DNA of 64,000 nt from Bacteroidia bacterium (GTDB lineage: Bacteria; Bacteroidota; Bacteroidia; NS11-12g; UBA955). The notes under the pieces are model-generated. The model ran no database searches and had not been told where the DNA came from. It worked only from the letters and a program-made list of their open reading frames with translations. The stretch spans positions 3,586 to 67,585 of the forward strand of contig JBDNFC010000081.1 in NCBI GenBank assembly GCA_041690035.1. The letters are read 5' to 3'. A program made the translations under genes and the position numbers. Position 1 is the first letter of the stretch, and each line of letters starts with the position of its first letter. Shown piece by piece: positions 38,077 to 47,734 of this stretch.

Positions 38077-38730
38077 ATGAAACTTTTTGAAACAAAACTA
38101 ACAATAAACCGCACAGATATTTCAATTTCTGCTAAAAAATACATTTGTTTCAACGATTTTAAAACTATTTGTTTAAGCGATTTACATTTAGGTAAGGCAG
38201 GTTATTTTAGTCAAAACAATTTGCCATTGCCTGTCATTGCCCATCAAATAGATTTAGACAATTTAAAAGAAATAGATATTTTATACAACGCTTATACCAT
38301 CTTAATCCTTGGAGATTTATTTCACAGTAGCAATATTTATGAAGCAGAAGAGCTGAGAAATATCATTGATAAATCAAAAAATGATTGGATATTGATAAAA
38401 GGCAATCATGATATTTTAGACAATGCCACTTACCTAAATATGGGTTTTAAAAAAGTATTCAAAAAATACATTCAAAAAGATTTTTGTTTTGTACACGAGC
38501 CTAACGAGAATGATTTGGCTAAATATTTTTGCATTTGTGGACACTTGCATCCAGGGGTAATACTAAGGAGTAAAGGTAAACAAAGTTTTTCTTTTCCATG
38601 CTTTTATAAAACGCAAACCCAACTAATTTTACCCGCTTTTGGTAGCTTAACAGGATTATTTTTCATAAAACCAATTAAAAAACAAACTACAACTATTGCT
38701 ATTTGTAACCAAAGACTATATGAAATATAG
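38077..38730 (+). CDS. pdeM: ligase-associated DNA damage response endonuclease PdeM-like metallophosphoesterase
   Basis: LSDLHLGK, ILGDLFH, KGNHD metallophosphatase motifs in PdeM order. No ligase/Lhr partner nearby. Confidence 0.6.
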   Translation: MKLFETKLTINRTDISISAKKYICFNDFKTICLSDLHLGKAGYFSQNNLPLPVIAHQIDLDNLKEIDILYNAYTILILGDLFHSSNIYEAEELRNIIDKSKNDWILIKGNHDILDNATYLNMGFKKVFKKYIQKDFCFVHEPNENDLAKYFCICGHLHPGVILRSKGKQSFSFPCFYKTQTQLILPAFGSLTGLFFIKPIKKQTTTIAICNQRLYEI

Positions 38731-38763
38731 CCTAATGCAAGACAATCAATTTTTAAAATCTTG

Positions 38764-39459
38764 TTATATCTTTAATGATCCAATTCCGCCATCTACCCCA
38801 ATAATCTGACCTGTTATAAATGCTGCATTTTTACTCAATAAATAAACAGCCAAAGAGGCTAATTCTTCTTTTGAACCTATTTTTTTTAAGGGATGTCTTT
38901 CTGCAGATGCTGCTTGTTTTTCTGGGGTAGCAAGTAATGCACTTGCAAGAGGGGTATCGGTTAGAGATGGGGCAATGCAATTTACCCTGATACCTGCAGT
39001 TGCAAATTCTGCAGCCATAGATATAGAAAGACCTTGCAATCCCGCTTTGGCGGCAGCTATGCTTGCATGAAAAGGCATGCCTGTATTACTGGCTACAGTG
39101 CTAAAGAAAACTACTGAAGATTGCTTTGCTTTTCTTAGCTGTGGCAAGCAAGCTTTTATTACTTTAAAGGCACCTATTACATTGATATAGTAATCATCTG
39201 CAAAATCTTGCTCTGTATACCTGTTTAATGGTTTCAAATTTATAGTTCCTGGACAATAAACTACTCCATGCAATTCTTCTGGCAGCATATCAGTAGGGAA
39301 ATCGTTTTTTATATCATAATTCTGATAATAAATATTTGAAGCATCAGGTACACCTTTTTTTTCTCTTCCAGTTACAAATAATTGATAATCTTTAGCCATC
39401 ATATTTACAATTTCTCCGCCAATGCCAGAAGTTCCACCTATAATTAATATATTTTTCAT
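38764..39459 (-). CDS. SDR-family oxidoreductase
   Basis: ILIIGGTSGIGGEI Rossmann motif. Catalytic Tyr-x3-Lys region. ATG at 39459 preferred over the TTG at 39480. Confidence 0.8.
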   Translation of the reverse strand: MKNILIIGGTSGIGGEIVNMMAKDYQLFVTGREKKGVPDASNIYYQNYDIKNDFPTDMLPEELHGVVYCPGTINLKPLNRYTEQDFADDYYINVIGAFKVIKACLPQLRKAKQSSVVFFSTVASNTGMPFHASIAAAKAGLQGLSISMAAEFATAGIRVNCIAPSLTDTPLASALLATPEKQAASAERHPLKKIGSKEELASLAVYLLSKNAAFITGQIIGVDGGIGSLKI

Positions 39460-39645
39460 AATGATAGAACCATTAATCAAAGTGATAGTTTTTATAGAAA
39501 CTAATAACCAATAAAAAAACTACATGAATTAAATTGTAAACTAAAAGTTATCAATCTTAAGAATCTTAAAAAAAACACAAAGTAAAGGTTAAAAAAAAAA
39601 GCAAACTTTAAATTATGAGATAAAACCTAAATTTGCATTTCAATT

Positions 39646-40128
39646 ATGAATAAAAAAGATGTTATCCACCTGCTCATTTTTTTAGGAATAAATTTTGCAG
39701 GATTGGGCATACGTGGCTTTATTACAAAAAGCGGTGTGGCAAGCGATTGGTATCAAAACTTATCAAAAGCACCTTGGACACCACCAGGCTGGGTTTTTGG
39801 AGTCGCATGGAGCCTTATTAAGCTTTGTTTTGCTTTTTATATGACATTTTTGCTAAAAGCATATTTGCAGAAAAATTTAAGTTATAAACCAATCATAATC
39901 TTATTTGCCATTCAATGGGTGCTTAACTTAGCTTGGAATCCTCTGTTTTTTAGTTTTCATTATACCCTAATAGGATTGGTTGTAATTAGCGCATTGTCAA
40001 TTGTTGTGGGCTATTTTTTGTTTAATTTCAATTCGCTCTTAAAAGCAAAAACGATGTTTATTGTTCCATACTTTATTTGGATGATTATTGCTACCAGCCT
40101 AAACGGGTATGTGGTTTTTTTTAATTAA
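39646..40128 (+). CDS. tspO: TspO/MBR tryptophan-rich sensory protein
   Basis: WYQNLSKAPWTPPGWVFGVAWSLI. 5-TM, 160 aa. Confidence 0.8.
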   Translation: MNKKDVIHLLIFLGINFAGLGIRGFITKSGVASDWYQNLSKAPWTPPGWVFGVAWSLIKLCFAFYMTFLLKAYLQKNLSYKPIIILFAIQWVLNLAWNPLFFSFHYTLIGLVVISALSIVVGYFLFNFNSLLKAKTMFIVPYFIWMIIATSLNGYVVFFN

Positions 40129-40164
40129 AAAAAGGTATCATATTTGCAGTCAATTTTTTAAAAT

Positions 40165-41472
40165 ATGAGATATCTATTTTCAACTTCTTTTATTATGAAA
40201 CTTGCATTTTTTTTTGCAAGTGGCGTGGTTATTACTTTTAGCTGCGCAAACCGCAACAAGATAGCCGAAACTGATAATCAAAGAACAATTTCGAATACAA
40301 TAGCTAAAGCCAATAATGATAGTATAATCTTCACAAGTTTACCCATACAAACAGGAGCCTCTCAAACAGAAATATATATATCAAGTTTAAAAAATAAAAA
40401 ACTGGCATTGGTGGTAAATCAAACAAGTGCTATCAATCAAAAACATATTGTAGATTCGTTTCTAAATTTAGGTTTGCAAATTGTTAAGATATTTGCGCCC
40501 GAGCATGGTTTTAGGGGAGATCATGGTGCGGGAGCCAAAGTAGCATCTACTATAGATCCAAAAACAAAATTGCCCATAATTAGTTTATATGGAAATCACA
40601 AAAAGCCAACAAAAGCTGACTTAGCAGGTATAGACCAAGTAGTTTTTGATATTCAAGATGTAGGCACTAGATTTTACACCTATTTATCTACTTTACATTA
40701 CATTATGGAATCTTGCGCAGAGTTTAAAATTCCTGTTATGGTATTAGATAGGCCTAACCCAAACGGCTTTTATATTGATGGCCCAATTTTAGAATCAGCG
40801 AACAGTTCTTTTGTTGGTATGCACCCAATACCAGTTGTGCATGGAATGACTTTGGGCGAACTTGCTCAAATGATTAATGGAGAAGGCTGGTTAAACAATA
40901 AAATTAAAGTTGAACTTCAAGTAATCAAACTCAATCATTACCACCATAATCGTAAGTATATATTACCAATAAAGCCATCTCCAAATTTGCCAACACAGGC
41001 ATCAATTTACCTTTATCCATCATTATGTTTTTTTGAAGGAACTAATATTAGCGTGGGAAGAGGCACAGATAAACCCTTTGAATGTTTTGGTAGACCAGGA
41101 TTAAAGGAAGTAAATTATACATTTATACCGAAAGCTATTCCAGGTATTGCAGATAATCCTCCGTTTGTAAATCAAATGTGTAACGGTGTGCTATTGACAA
41201 GTTTTGGCGAAAATTATTTGCCAAGCCTTCAAAAAATTTACTTAGAATGGCTGATATTAACTTATAAACAGGCTAAAACAGAAAATCAAAAATATTTTAA
41301 TGACTTTTTTATAAAACTTGCAGGAACTGATAAATTAAGGCAACAAATAGAAGAGGGTAAAACTCAAAAAGAAATACAAGACAGCTGGAAAACAGGTTTA
41401 GATAAGTTTAAAAAGCAGCGAGAACCCTATATGCTCTATGGTTTTAAAGAAAATGCAGGATTATTTGATTAA
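40165..41472 (+). CDS. DUF1343 protein (exo-beta-N-acetylmuramidase NamZ-like)
   Basis: DUF1343 signatures (IFAPEHGFRGDHGAG, VFDIQDVGTRFYTY). Possible lipoprotein start at 40195. Confidence 0.7.
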   Translation: MRYLFSTSFIMKLAFFFASGVVITFSCANRNKIAETDNQRTISNTIAKANNDSIIFTSLPIQTGASQTEIYISSLKNKKLALVVNQTSAINQKHIVDSFLNLGLQIVKIFAPEHGFRGDHGAGAKVASTIDPKTKLPIISLYGNHKKPTKADLAGIDQVVFDIQDVGTRFYTYLSTLHYIMESCAEFKIPVMVLDRPNPNGFYIDGPILESANSSFVGMHPIPVVHGMTLGELAQMINGEGWLNNKIKVELQVIKLNHYHHNRKYILPIKPSPNLPTQASIYLYPSLCFFEGTNISVGRGTDKPFECFGRPGLKEVNYTFIPKAIPGIADNPPFVNQMCNGVLLTSFGENYLPSLQKIYLEWLILTYKQAKTENQKYFNDFFIKLAGTDKLRQQIEEGKTQKEIQDSWKTGLDKFKKQREPYMLYGFKENAGLFD

Positions 41473-41498
41473 AAAATTGTTATTTTAAAAAAAAAGAA

Positions 41499-41514
41499 TA
41501 ATCTTTGCAGCCCT
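41499..41514 (+). promoter_or_regulatory. rpmB promoter region containing the shared 14-mer ATCTTTGCAGCCCT
   Basis: TAATCTTTG -7-like element, 17 nt upstream of the rpmB ATG. 14/14 identity with the tRNA upstream site. Confidence 0.3.
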
Positions 41515-41529
41515 AAAAATCTAAAGGAA

Positions 41530-41763
41530 ATGTCAAGAATTTGTGAGCTAACAGGAAAAAAATCATTGAAAGGAAATAAAGTTTCCCATTCAAATCATAA
41601 AACAAAACGTAGGTTTCAACCGAATTTAAAACTCAAACGGTTTTTTATTCCAGAGACAAACGAATGGATAACATTAAAAGTGTCAACAAGTGCACTTAAA
41701 ACCATCAATAAAAATGGAATTGCAAGTTGTTTAAGAAAATTTGTTAAAGAAGGAAAAATATAA
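41530..41763 (+). CDS. rpmB: 50S ribosomal protein L28
   Basis: [11 protein letters not shown]...[19 protein letters not shown] is canonical L28. Confidence 0.9.
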   Translation: MSRICELTGKKSLKGNKVSHSNHKTKRRFQPNLKLKRFFIPETNEWITLKVSTSALKTINKNGIASCLRKFVKEGKI

Positions 41764-41945
41764 TGGCAAAAAAAGGAAATAGAGTGCAGGTAATATTAGA
41801 ATGCACCGAACAAAAATCAAGTGGAACTCCAGGTATATCGAGGTACATTACTACTAAGAATAAAAAAAACACCACAGAACGCATCGAGTTAAAAAAGTAT
41901 AATTCGTATTTAAAAAAAGTTACTGTTCATAAAGAAACTAAATAA
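41763..41945 (+). CDS. rpmG: 50S ribosomal protein L33
   Basis: [16 protein letters not shown] is canonical L33. Confidence 0.9.
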   Translation: MAKKGNRVQVILECTEQKSSGTPGISRYITTKNKKNTTERIELKKYNSYLKKVTVHKETK

Positions 41946-41955
41946 AATCTAAATC

Positions 41956-42108
41956 ATGGCAAAAAAAGTTGTAGCAACATTAAAAAAAGAGGGTGGTATA
42001 GAATATGTAAAAATTATTAAAGCCGTTAGATCTCCAAGAACCGGTGCATATTCTTTTAAAGAAGAAATAGTAACTGGCGAAAAAGCAAAAGAAATATTCA
42101 AATTATAA
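41956..42108 (+). CDS. DUF4295 small protein (conserved partner of rpmB-rpmG in Bacteroidetes)
   Basis: 50-aa ORF absent from the 60-aa-minimum track: MAKKVVATLKKEGGIEYVKIIKAVRSPRTGAYSFKEEIVTGEKAKEIFKL, immediately after rpmG. Confidence 0.6.
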   Translation: MAKKVVATLKKEGGIEYVKIIKAVRSPRTGAYSFKEEIVTGEKAKEIFKL

Positions 42109-42186
42109 TTATCTTTATCAAAATACAATAAAGCTTCCTTTCAATTTATTAAATTTGACAAGGGAGCTTTTTTATTTTACAAAAAA

Positions 42187-43176
42187 ATGGGAATATTTGA
42201 TTTTTTAAAAAAACAAAAACCGTTAGAAGAAAAACGAGTTGATGATGTTTTGTCTATCCCTGCCTTAGAAAGTGGTTTAGAAAAAACTAAAAACGGTATT
42301 TTTAGTAAACTTGGTAAAGCTTTGCTAGGAAAAACAACTGTAAACGAAACATTTTTGGATGAACTAGAGGAGATCTTAATAACAAGTGACGTGGGAGTTG
42401 CTACTACTATAAAAATAATCAACAGATTTGAAAAGCGCGTTAAAGTAGAGAAATATTTTAATGCAAATGAGTTAAACACTATTCTAAAGGATGAGATTTC
42501 GAGCATAATTGAAGAAAACAAGCACGAAATAGCATATAATTTTGATTTGATAGGCGCACCAAAGCCTTATGTGATATTAGTGGTAGGTGTAAATGGAGTA
42601 GGCAAAACAACCACTATTGGAAAATTAGCACATAATTTTGCCCTACACGGCAAAACTGTACTTCTAGGGGCGGCAGACACTTTTAGGGCAGCTGCAGTAG
42701 ATCAATTAGAAATTTGGAGTCAAAGAACCAGTGCAAGCTTTGTTTCATTGGGCATGAATGCGGACCCATCTGCAGTAGCATTTGATGCTATTAATAAAGG
42801 CATTGAAAAAAAAGTAGATGTAATTATAATAGATACAGCTGGTAGATTGCACAATAAAGTAAATTTAATGAATGAATTGGGGAAAATAAAAAGAGTTGTT
42901 CAAAAAATATTACCAAACGGACCGCAAGAAATTTTACTCGTCTTAGATGCAAGCACTGGGCAAAATGCTATAGAACAAGCCAAGCAATTTGCGGCTGCTA
43001 CAGAAGTTAATACCCTTGCACTTACCAAACTAGACGGCACAGCAAAAGGAGGAGTAGTTATAGGTATATGTGATCAATTTAAAATACCTGTAAAATATAT
43101 TGGACTAGGCGAAAAAGCAGAAGACCTGAAAATTTTTAATGCCAAATCATTTGTAAACACATTATTTGAAGCATAA
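42187..43176 (+). CDS. ftsY: signal recognition particle receptor FtsY
   Basis: NG-domain GTPase GVNGVGKTTTIGKLA, DTAGRLHN, TKLDGTAKGG. Confidence 0.9.
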   Translation: MGIFDFLKKQKPLEEKRVDDVLSIPALESGLEKTKNGIFSKLGKALLGKTTVNETFLDELEEILITSDVGVATTIKIINRFEKRVKVEKYFNANELNTILKDEISSIIEENKHEIAYNFDLIGAPKPYVILVVGVNGVGKTTTIGKLAHNFALHGKTVLLGAADTFRAAAVDQLEIWSQRTSASFVSLGMNADPSAVAFDAINKGIEKKVDVIIIDTAGRLHNKVNLMNELGKIKRVVQKILPNGPQEILLVLDASTGQNAIEQAKQFAAATEVNTLALTKLDGTAKGGVVIGICDQFKIPVKYIGLGEKAEDLKIFNAKSFVNTLFEA

Positions 43177-44493
43177 ATGCGAACAAAATCATTACACGCA
43201 AAAAAAATAAACATCATTACCCTTGGATGTAGTAAAAATCTAGTAGATTCAGAAGTACTATTATCGCAGTTAAAAGCAAATGATTTTGATGTAGTACACG
43301 AATCTAAAAAAGACAATGCAGAAGTAATTGTTATCAATACATGTGGGTTTATAGATAAAGCAAAGCAAGAAAGTATAGATACTATTCTTAAATATGCTGA
43401 TGCAAAAGAAAAAGGAGAAATTGAAAAACTTTATGTTACGGGATGTTTATCACACCGATATAAAGAAGAGTTGATTGCTGAATTTCCGAATGTTGATGGT
43501 TTTTTTGGCACACTAGAATTACCCAATATACTGCATACATTAGGTGCAGACTACAAGCACGACTTAATTGGTGAAAGATTAGTTACCACGCCACCGCATT
43601 ATGCCTATTTAAAAATTTCTGAGGGCTGCAATAGACCTTGTTCATTTTGTGCAATTCCATTGATGCGCGGCAAACATGTATCTAAATCCATTGAAGCTAT
43701 TGTAAAAGAAGCAAATCACTTAGCTCGATTAGGAACAAAAGAAATTATGCTTATTGCCCAAGATAGTACTTCTTATGGTGTAGATAATTATAATAAAAGG
43801 GCACTTGCAGACTTGCTAAAAGCATTAGGTAATGTGCCAGAAATAGAATGGTTTCGTCTACATTACGCTTTTCCTTCACAATTTCCTGAAGATGCACTAA
43901 AAGTGATGGCAGACACAGATAATATCTGCAAATACTTAGATATTCCTCTGCAACATTCTAGTGACAATATGTTAAAAATAATGCGAAGAGGCATTACCAA
44001 ATCGAGAACTGAAAAATTAATTCAAACCATTAAAAACACCATTCCTGGTATATCCCTGCGGACAACTATGCTAGTTGGACACCCTGGAGAAACAGAAGAA
44101 GATTTTTTAGAATTGTGTGATTTTATCAAAACACATCAATTTGACCGCTTAGGGGTATTTACCTATTCGCACGAAGAAAATACCCATGCATATAGCTTGG
44201 ATGATAATATTGAACAAGAAGAGAAAGACCGCAGAGCTGCGCATTTAATGGCTATTCAAGAAGAAATTAGTTTACAATTAAATGAAAATAAAATTGGAAC
44301 AATACAAAAAGTATTATTTGATAGAAAAGAAGGAGAATATTTTGTAGGTAGAACAGCAGCAGACAGCCCAGAAGTTGATAATGAGGTACTTGTAGAAACT
44401 GAAAATAATTTTGTAAGAATTGGCGATTTTGCTCAAATTGAAATTAATGATTGTACAGCCTTCGACCTTTTTGGAAATGTAAAAAAAGGTTAA
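43177..44493 (+). CDS. rimO: ribosomal protein S12 methylthiotransferase RimO (radical SAM, MTTase)
   Basis: MTTase N-domain INIITLGCSKNLVDSE, radical-SAM CNRPCSFCAIP, C-terminal TRAM. Collinear with E. coli RimO. Confidence 0.8.
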   Translation: MRTKSLHAKKINIITLGCSKNLVDSEVLLSQLKANDFDVVHESKKDNAEVIVINTCGFIDKAKQESIDTILKYADAKEKGEIEKLYVTGCLSHRYKEELIAEFPNVDGFFGTLELPNILHTLGADYKHDLIGERLVTTPPHYAYLKISEGCNRPCSFCAIPLMRGKHVSKSIEAIVKEANHLARLGTKEIMLIAQDSTSYGVDNYNKRALADLLKALGNVPEIEWFRLHYAFPSQFPEDALKVMADTDNICKYLDIPLQHSSDNMLKIMRRGITKSRTEKLIQTIKNTIPGISLRTTMLVGHPGETEEDFLELCDFIKTHQFDRLGVFTYSHEENTHAYSLDDNIEQEEKDRRAAHLMAIQEEISLQLNENKIGTIQKVLFDRKEGEYFVGRTAADSPEVDNEVLVETENNFVRIGDFAQIEINDCTAFDLFGNVKKG

Positions 44494-46035
44494 ATGAACA
44501 TTATAAATTTTGATTTAGAAACAACAGGTTTTACTAACAGTATAATTGTTGATTATCTTAATCAAAGTGAGAAACTCAATAAATTCTTCGCCTACCAGCC
44601 TAATTTAGATGGCTTAAAAAGAGCAGCTAAAGAAAGAAATAATAAAAAAATAGACAGACCTGGTCTCGTAAAGGAATTAATCAGACAATTAAAGTGTGTA
44701 AATATTTCCGATACTGATTTATCGCAAAGTATTTCAAATATAAATAGTTTGTTGGATGAGCAAACATTTACAATCACTACAGGGCAACAATTACACATAT
44801 ACTTAGGTCCAGCTTATTTTGGAAATAAGATTTATGAATTGCTAAGGTGCTGCAATAATTACAATGAGCTTGTTAATGGCAATAAAGTTGTTCCAGTTTT
44901 TTGGCTGGCTTCAGAAGATCATGATATTGAAGAAATAAAAACTTTAGAACTTTTTGGCAAATCTATGGAATGTGATATTGAAAATAAAATAGCTGCCGGA
45001 TATATTAATACAAAAAATATTAAACCGTTTACCCATTCCATAGAGATAGCGCTTGGTGATACAGCATCAAAAAATCACTTTTTTAATGTTTGTAAAACAG
45101 CATATAAAAATAACAATAAACTTGCAGAAGCAACAGCAGCTATTATATATAGTCTTTTTGCTAAACATGGCATTATAGTAATAGATGCAAATACACCTTA
45201 CTTCAAAAAGAAATTTTCTTATATTGCACAAGAAGAAATAACCCAGCAAAGTGCTACAAAAATTCAAAAAGAAATAAAAAACCAATTTTTTAAAAATAAA
45301 TGGCATTATCAATTAACACCAAGAACAAATAACCTCTTCATTATTGATAAAAATGGTAAAAGAGAAGAATGTTTTGATAAAATATACGATGCTGAAAAGA
45401 ACTATAGTCCCAACGCTTTATTGAGGCCTCTTTTTCAAGAAATATGCTTGCCAAATATTGCTTATATAGGTGGTGCAGCAGAAGTGAATTATTGGCTTCA
45501 ACTAAAACCCATTTTTGAACATTACAAGGTATTTTATCCATTAATATGGGTAAGAAACATGATAACGATTATTCAAAAGAAATTATGGGATAAAGTCACT
45601 AAATTAAACATCCCCATGGAGAAATTATTTAAAATAGAAAAAGAACAGATTATTACTATGTATAGTGAAAATGTATTAAAATATGCTACCATACTAGCTT
45701 CTATTAAAGAGATAGACTTTGAAATAGATAGTTTAAAGAAAGTTTTGAGTGCAGAGGACTATGAAGAAATAAAAAAAACATATGATGCCTTTCAAACAAT
45801 ATTAAAAAAGAATTTGAGAAATTCAAAAAATAATGTAACAAGTTCAATACAATTTAAGCATTATAAAGACGAAATTGCAATAATAAAGTCAAAACTATTA
45901 AGTAAATCAAACTTACAAGAGCGAAACAGTTCTTTACTAACATTAAGCGTTAATTATGATTATTTTAATATTCTCGAAAATTGGCTTTCTATTACTAAGG
46001 CAATTCAAGGCAAATATGCTGTAATAGGAAAATGA
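44494..46035 (+). CDS. bshC: bacillithiol biosynthesis cysteine-adding enzyme BshC
   Basis: TGQQLHIYLGPAY, VFWLASEDHD, GGAAEVNYWLQLKP align with B. subtilis BshC (YllA). Confidence 0.8.
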   Translation: MNIINFDLETTGFTNSIIVDYLNQSEKLNKFFAYQPNLDGLKRAAKERNNKKIDRPGLVKELIRQLKCVNISDTDLSQSISNINSLLDEQTFTITTGQQLHIYLGPAYFGNKIYELLRCCNNYNELVNGNKVVPVFWLASEDHDIEEIKTLELFGKSMECDIENKIAAGYINTKNIKPFTHSIEIALGDTASKNHFFNVCKTAYKNNNKLAEATAAIIYSLFAKHGIIVIDANTPYFKKKFSYIAQEEITQQSATKIQKEIKNQFFKNKWHYQLTPRTNNLFIIDKNGKREECFDKIYDAEKNYSPNALLRPLFQEICLPNIAYIGGAAEVNYWLQLKPIFEHYKVFYPLIWVRNMITIIQKKLWDKVTKLNIPMEKLFKIEKEQIITMYSENVLKYATILASIKEIDFEIDSLKKVLSAEDYEEIKKTYDAFQTILKKNLRNSKNNVTSSIQFKHYKDEIAIIKSKLLSKSNLQERNSSLLTLSVNYDYFNILENWLSITKAIQGKYAVIGK

Positions 46036-46051
46036 AAAAGTGAAGAGTATT

Positions 46052-46067
46052 AAAAAAAAAAAAAAAA
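46052..46067. repeat. A16 homopolymer
   Basis: Seen directly, 65 nt upstream of the ompA-like gene start. Confidence 0.6.
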
Positions 46068-46131
46068 GTTTGCACAATCATTTTAATGGTTTAAATTTGC
46101 GGCTTATAAAACAAAAAACTACAAAACAACA

Positions 46132-47652
46132 ATGAAGACAATTAAAACCTCATTAATGGTAAGTTTGATTTTTGCATCCTTGAGCATATTTGCACAAGGA
46201 CCGCCAGTTTCAAACAGTACAAATGCAAAATGGCATCCATATGCAGATGCTAAATGGCCATCTGGTAAAGACAAAAAGAGTGCTGACAGTGGTCAGTTTT
46301 TTCAAAACAGCTGGTTTCAAGATAGAAGAGCAAAAAAATGGATGGTTGGATTAAATGCTGGAGCAACTACCTTTTTTGGAGATGCAGACAAGATTAGATT
46401 AGGTTGGGTTGTAGGTCCATCTATAAAATATTCTATCTCTCAAACTTTTGGTTTAAGATTCCAATATAATTTTGGATCACTAAGAGGATCTAGAGATTAT
46501 CAAGCACCTACATTATTTAAAGATAATTTTTCATTTAATTCTCAGTACCAAGATTGGAGTACACAAATGGTATTTACCTTAGGAAATATTTCACAACTAA
46601 GACCATTGCGTAGAACACACATGCATTTTTTCTTAGGTCTTGGACAGGGAAGTTTTAAATCAACAGCTAGGTTTATTGATCAAAGATTATATGTTGGTGG
46701 AGATTATTATTTAACTCATTATTTAGGAAAAGGTACTGCAAATCCTAATTTAGGACAAAATGTAATTGAAAAATACCAAGGACGTCATATGATTGTTCCT
46801 ATGGGCGTAGGCATAAGTACAAAAATAAACCGTCATTTTGATGTTGGTATTGAGTCAAGATATAACTATGTTAGAAATGACGATATTGATGTTTATAACA
46901 CTGCTATCTGGCAAAACAGATGGTGGGATGCTTATGTAACAAATACTGTTTTTGCTACTTTTAAATTTGGTAACAAAAATGCACAACATTATGATTGGTT
47001 AAGCCCAGAAAGAAGTATAGTAGATGTAATCGATAAAATTGATTGCTTATCTAATGATGCTGATAAAGATGGCGTTTCTGATTGTCATGATAAACAACCA
47101 AATACACCAGATAGCTGTAAAGTATACGGAAGTGGAGAGTGGGTAGATAGTGATTATGATGGAGTTCCAGATTGTCAAGATTTACAACCTTTCTCTGATA
47201 GAGGATGCGCAGTAGACGAAAAAGGTGTTATGATAGATTCTGATGGAGACGGTGTAGCAGATTGTAAAGATATTTGTCCAGAAGTTAAAGGTCAAGGAAT
47301 TGATGGATGCCCATTAGATTGCTCAACTTGCGGTGGAAAAAATTGTGATAATCAGATATTACCGATAACAATGTTTGATGCTGGTAGTTCTAAAATTAAA
47401 TCAGGCAATGATGCTATGATGTACTTAATGGCAGATAAATTAAAAAACTGTCCTGATAAGAAAATATCCGTAATAGGTCATGCAGACAACAATATTAATA
47501 GTAAAGCAAATCAAAGATTAGCATTGAGCAGAGCATATGCTGTAATTGATTTTCTTGCAGCAAAATATGGTATATCTAAAGATAGGTTTACTGCAGAAGT
47601 TGGTACAACAACTGATGTTACTAAAAAAACAGTAGAAGTTCAAATGAAGTAA
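46132..47652 (+). CDS. OmpA-family outer-membrane protein with thrombospondin type-3 Ca-binding repeats
   Basis: Signal peptide, N-terminal beta-barrel, Cys-bracketed TSP3-like D-x-D-x-D-G repeats (DADKDGVSDCHD, DSDYDGVPDCQD, DSDGDGVADCKD), C-terminal OmpA peptidoglycan-binding domain (LSRAYAVIDFLA). Confidence 0.8.
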   Translation: MKTIKTSLMVSLIFASLSIFAQGPPVSNSTNAKWHPYADAKWPSGKDKKSADSGQFFQNSWFQDRRAKKWMVGLNAGATTFFGDADKIRLGWVVGPSIKYSISQTFGLRFQYNFGSLRGSRDYQAPTLFKDNFSFNSQYQDWSTQMVFTLGNISQLRPLRRTHMHFFLGLGQGSFKSTARFIDQRLYVGGDYYLTHYLGKGTANPNLGQNVIEKYQGRHMIVPMGVGISTKINRHFDVGIESRYNYVRNDDIDVYNTAIWQNRWWDAYVTNTVFATFKFGNKNAQHYDWLSPERSIVDVIDKIDCLSNDADKDGVSDCHDKQPNTPDSCKVYGSGEWVDSDYDGVPDCQDLQPFSDRGCAVDEKGVMIDSDGDGVADCKDICPEVKGQGIDGCPLDCSTCGGKNCDNQILPITMFDAGSSKIKSGNDAMMYLMADKLKNCPDKKISVIGHADNNINSKANQRLALSRAYAVIDFLAAKYGISKDRFTAEVGTTTDVTKKTVEVQMK

Positions 47653-47671
47653 TTCACTTTTTGATAATAAA

Positions 47672-47706
47672 AAAACCCATTTACAAAAGTAAATGGGTTT
47701 TTTTAT
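47672..47706 (+). terminator. rho-independent terminator of the ompA-like gene
   Basis: AACCCATTTAC-aaaa-GTAAATGGGTT followed by T7. Confidence 0.8.
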
Positions 47707-47734
47707 TGCAAATATTTAACCCTATTATTGCAAA

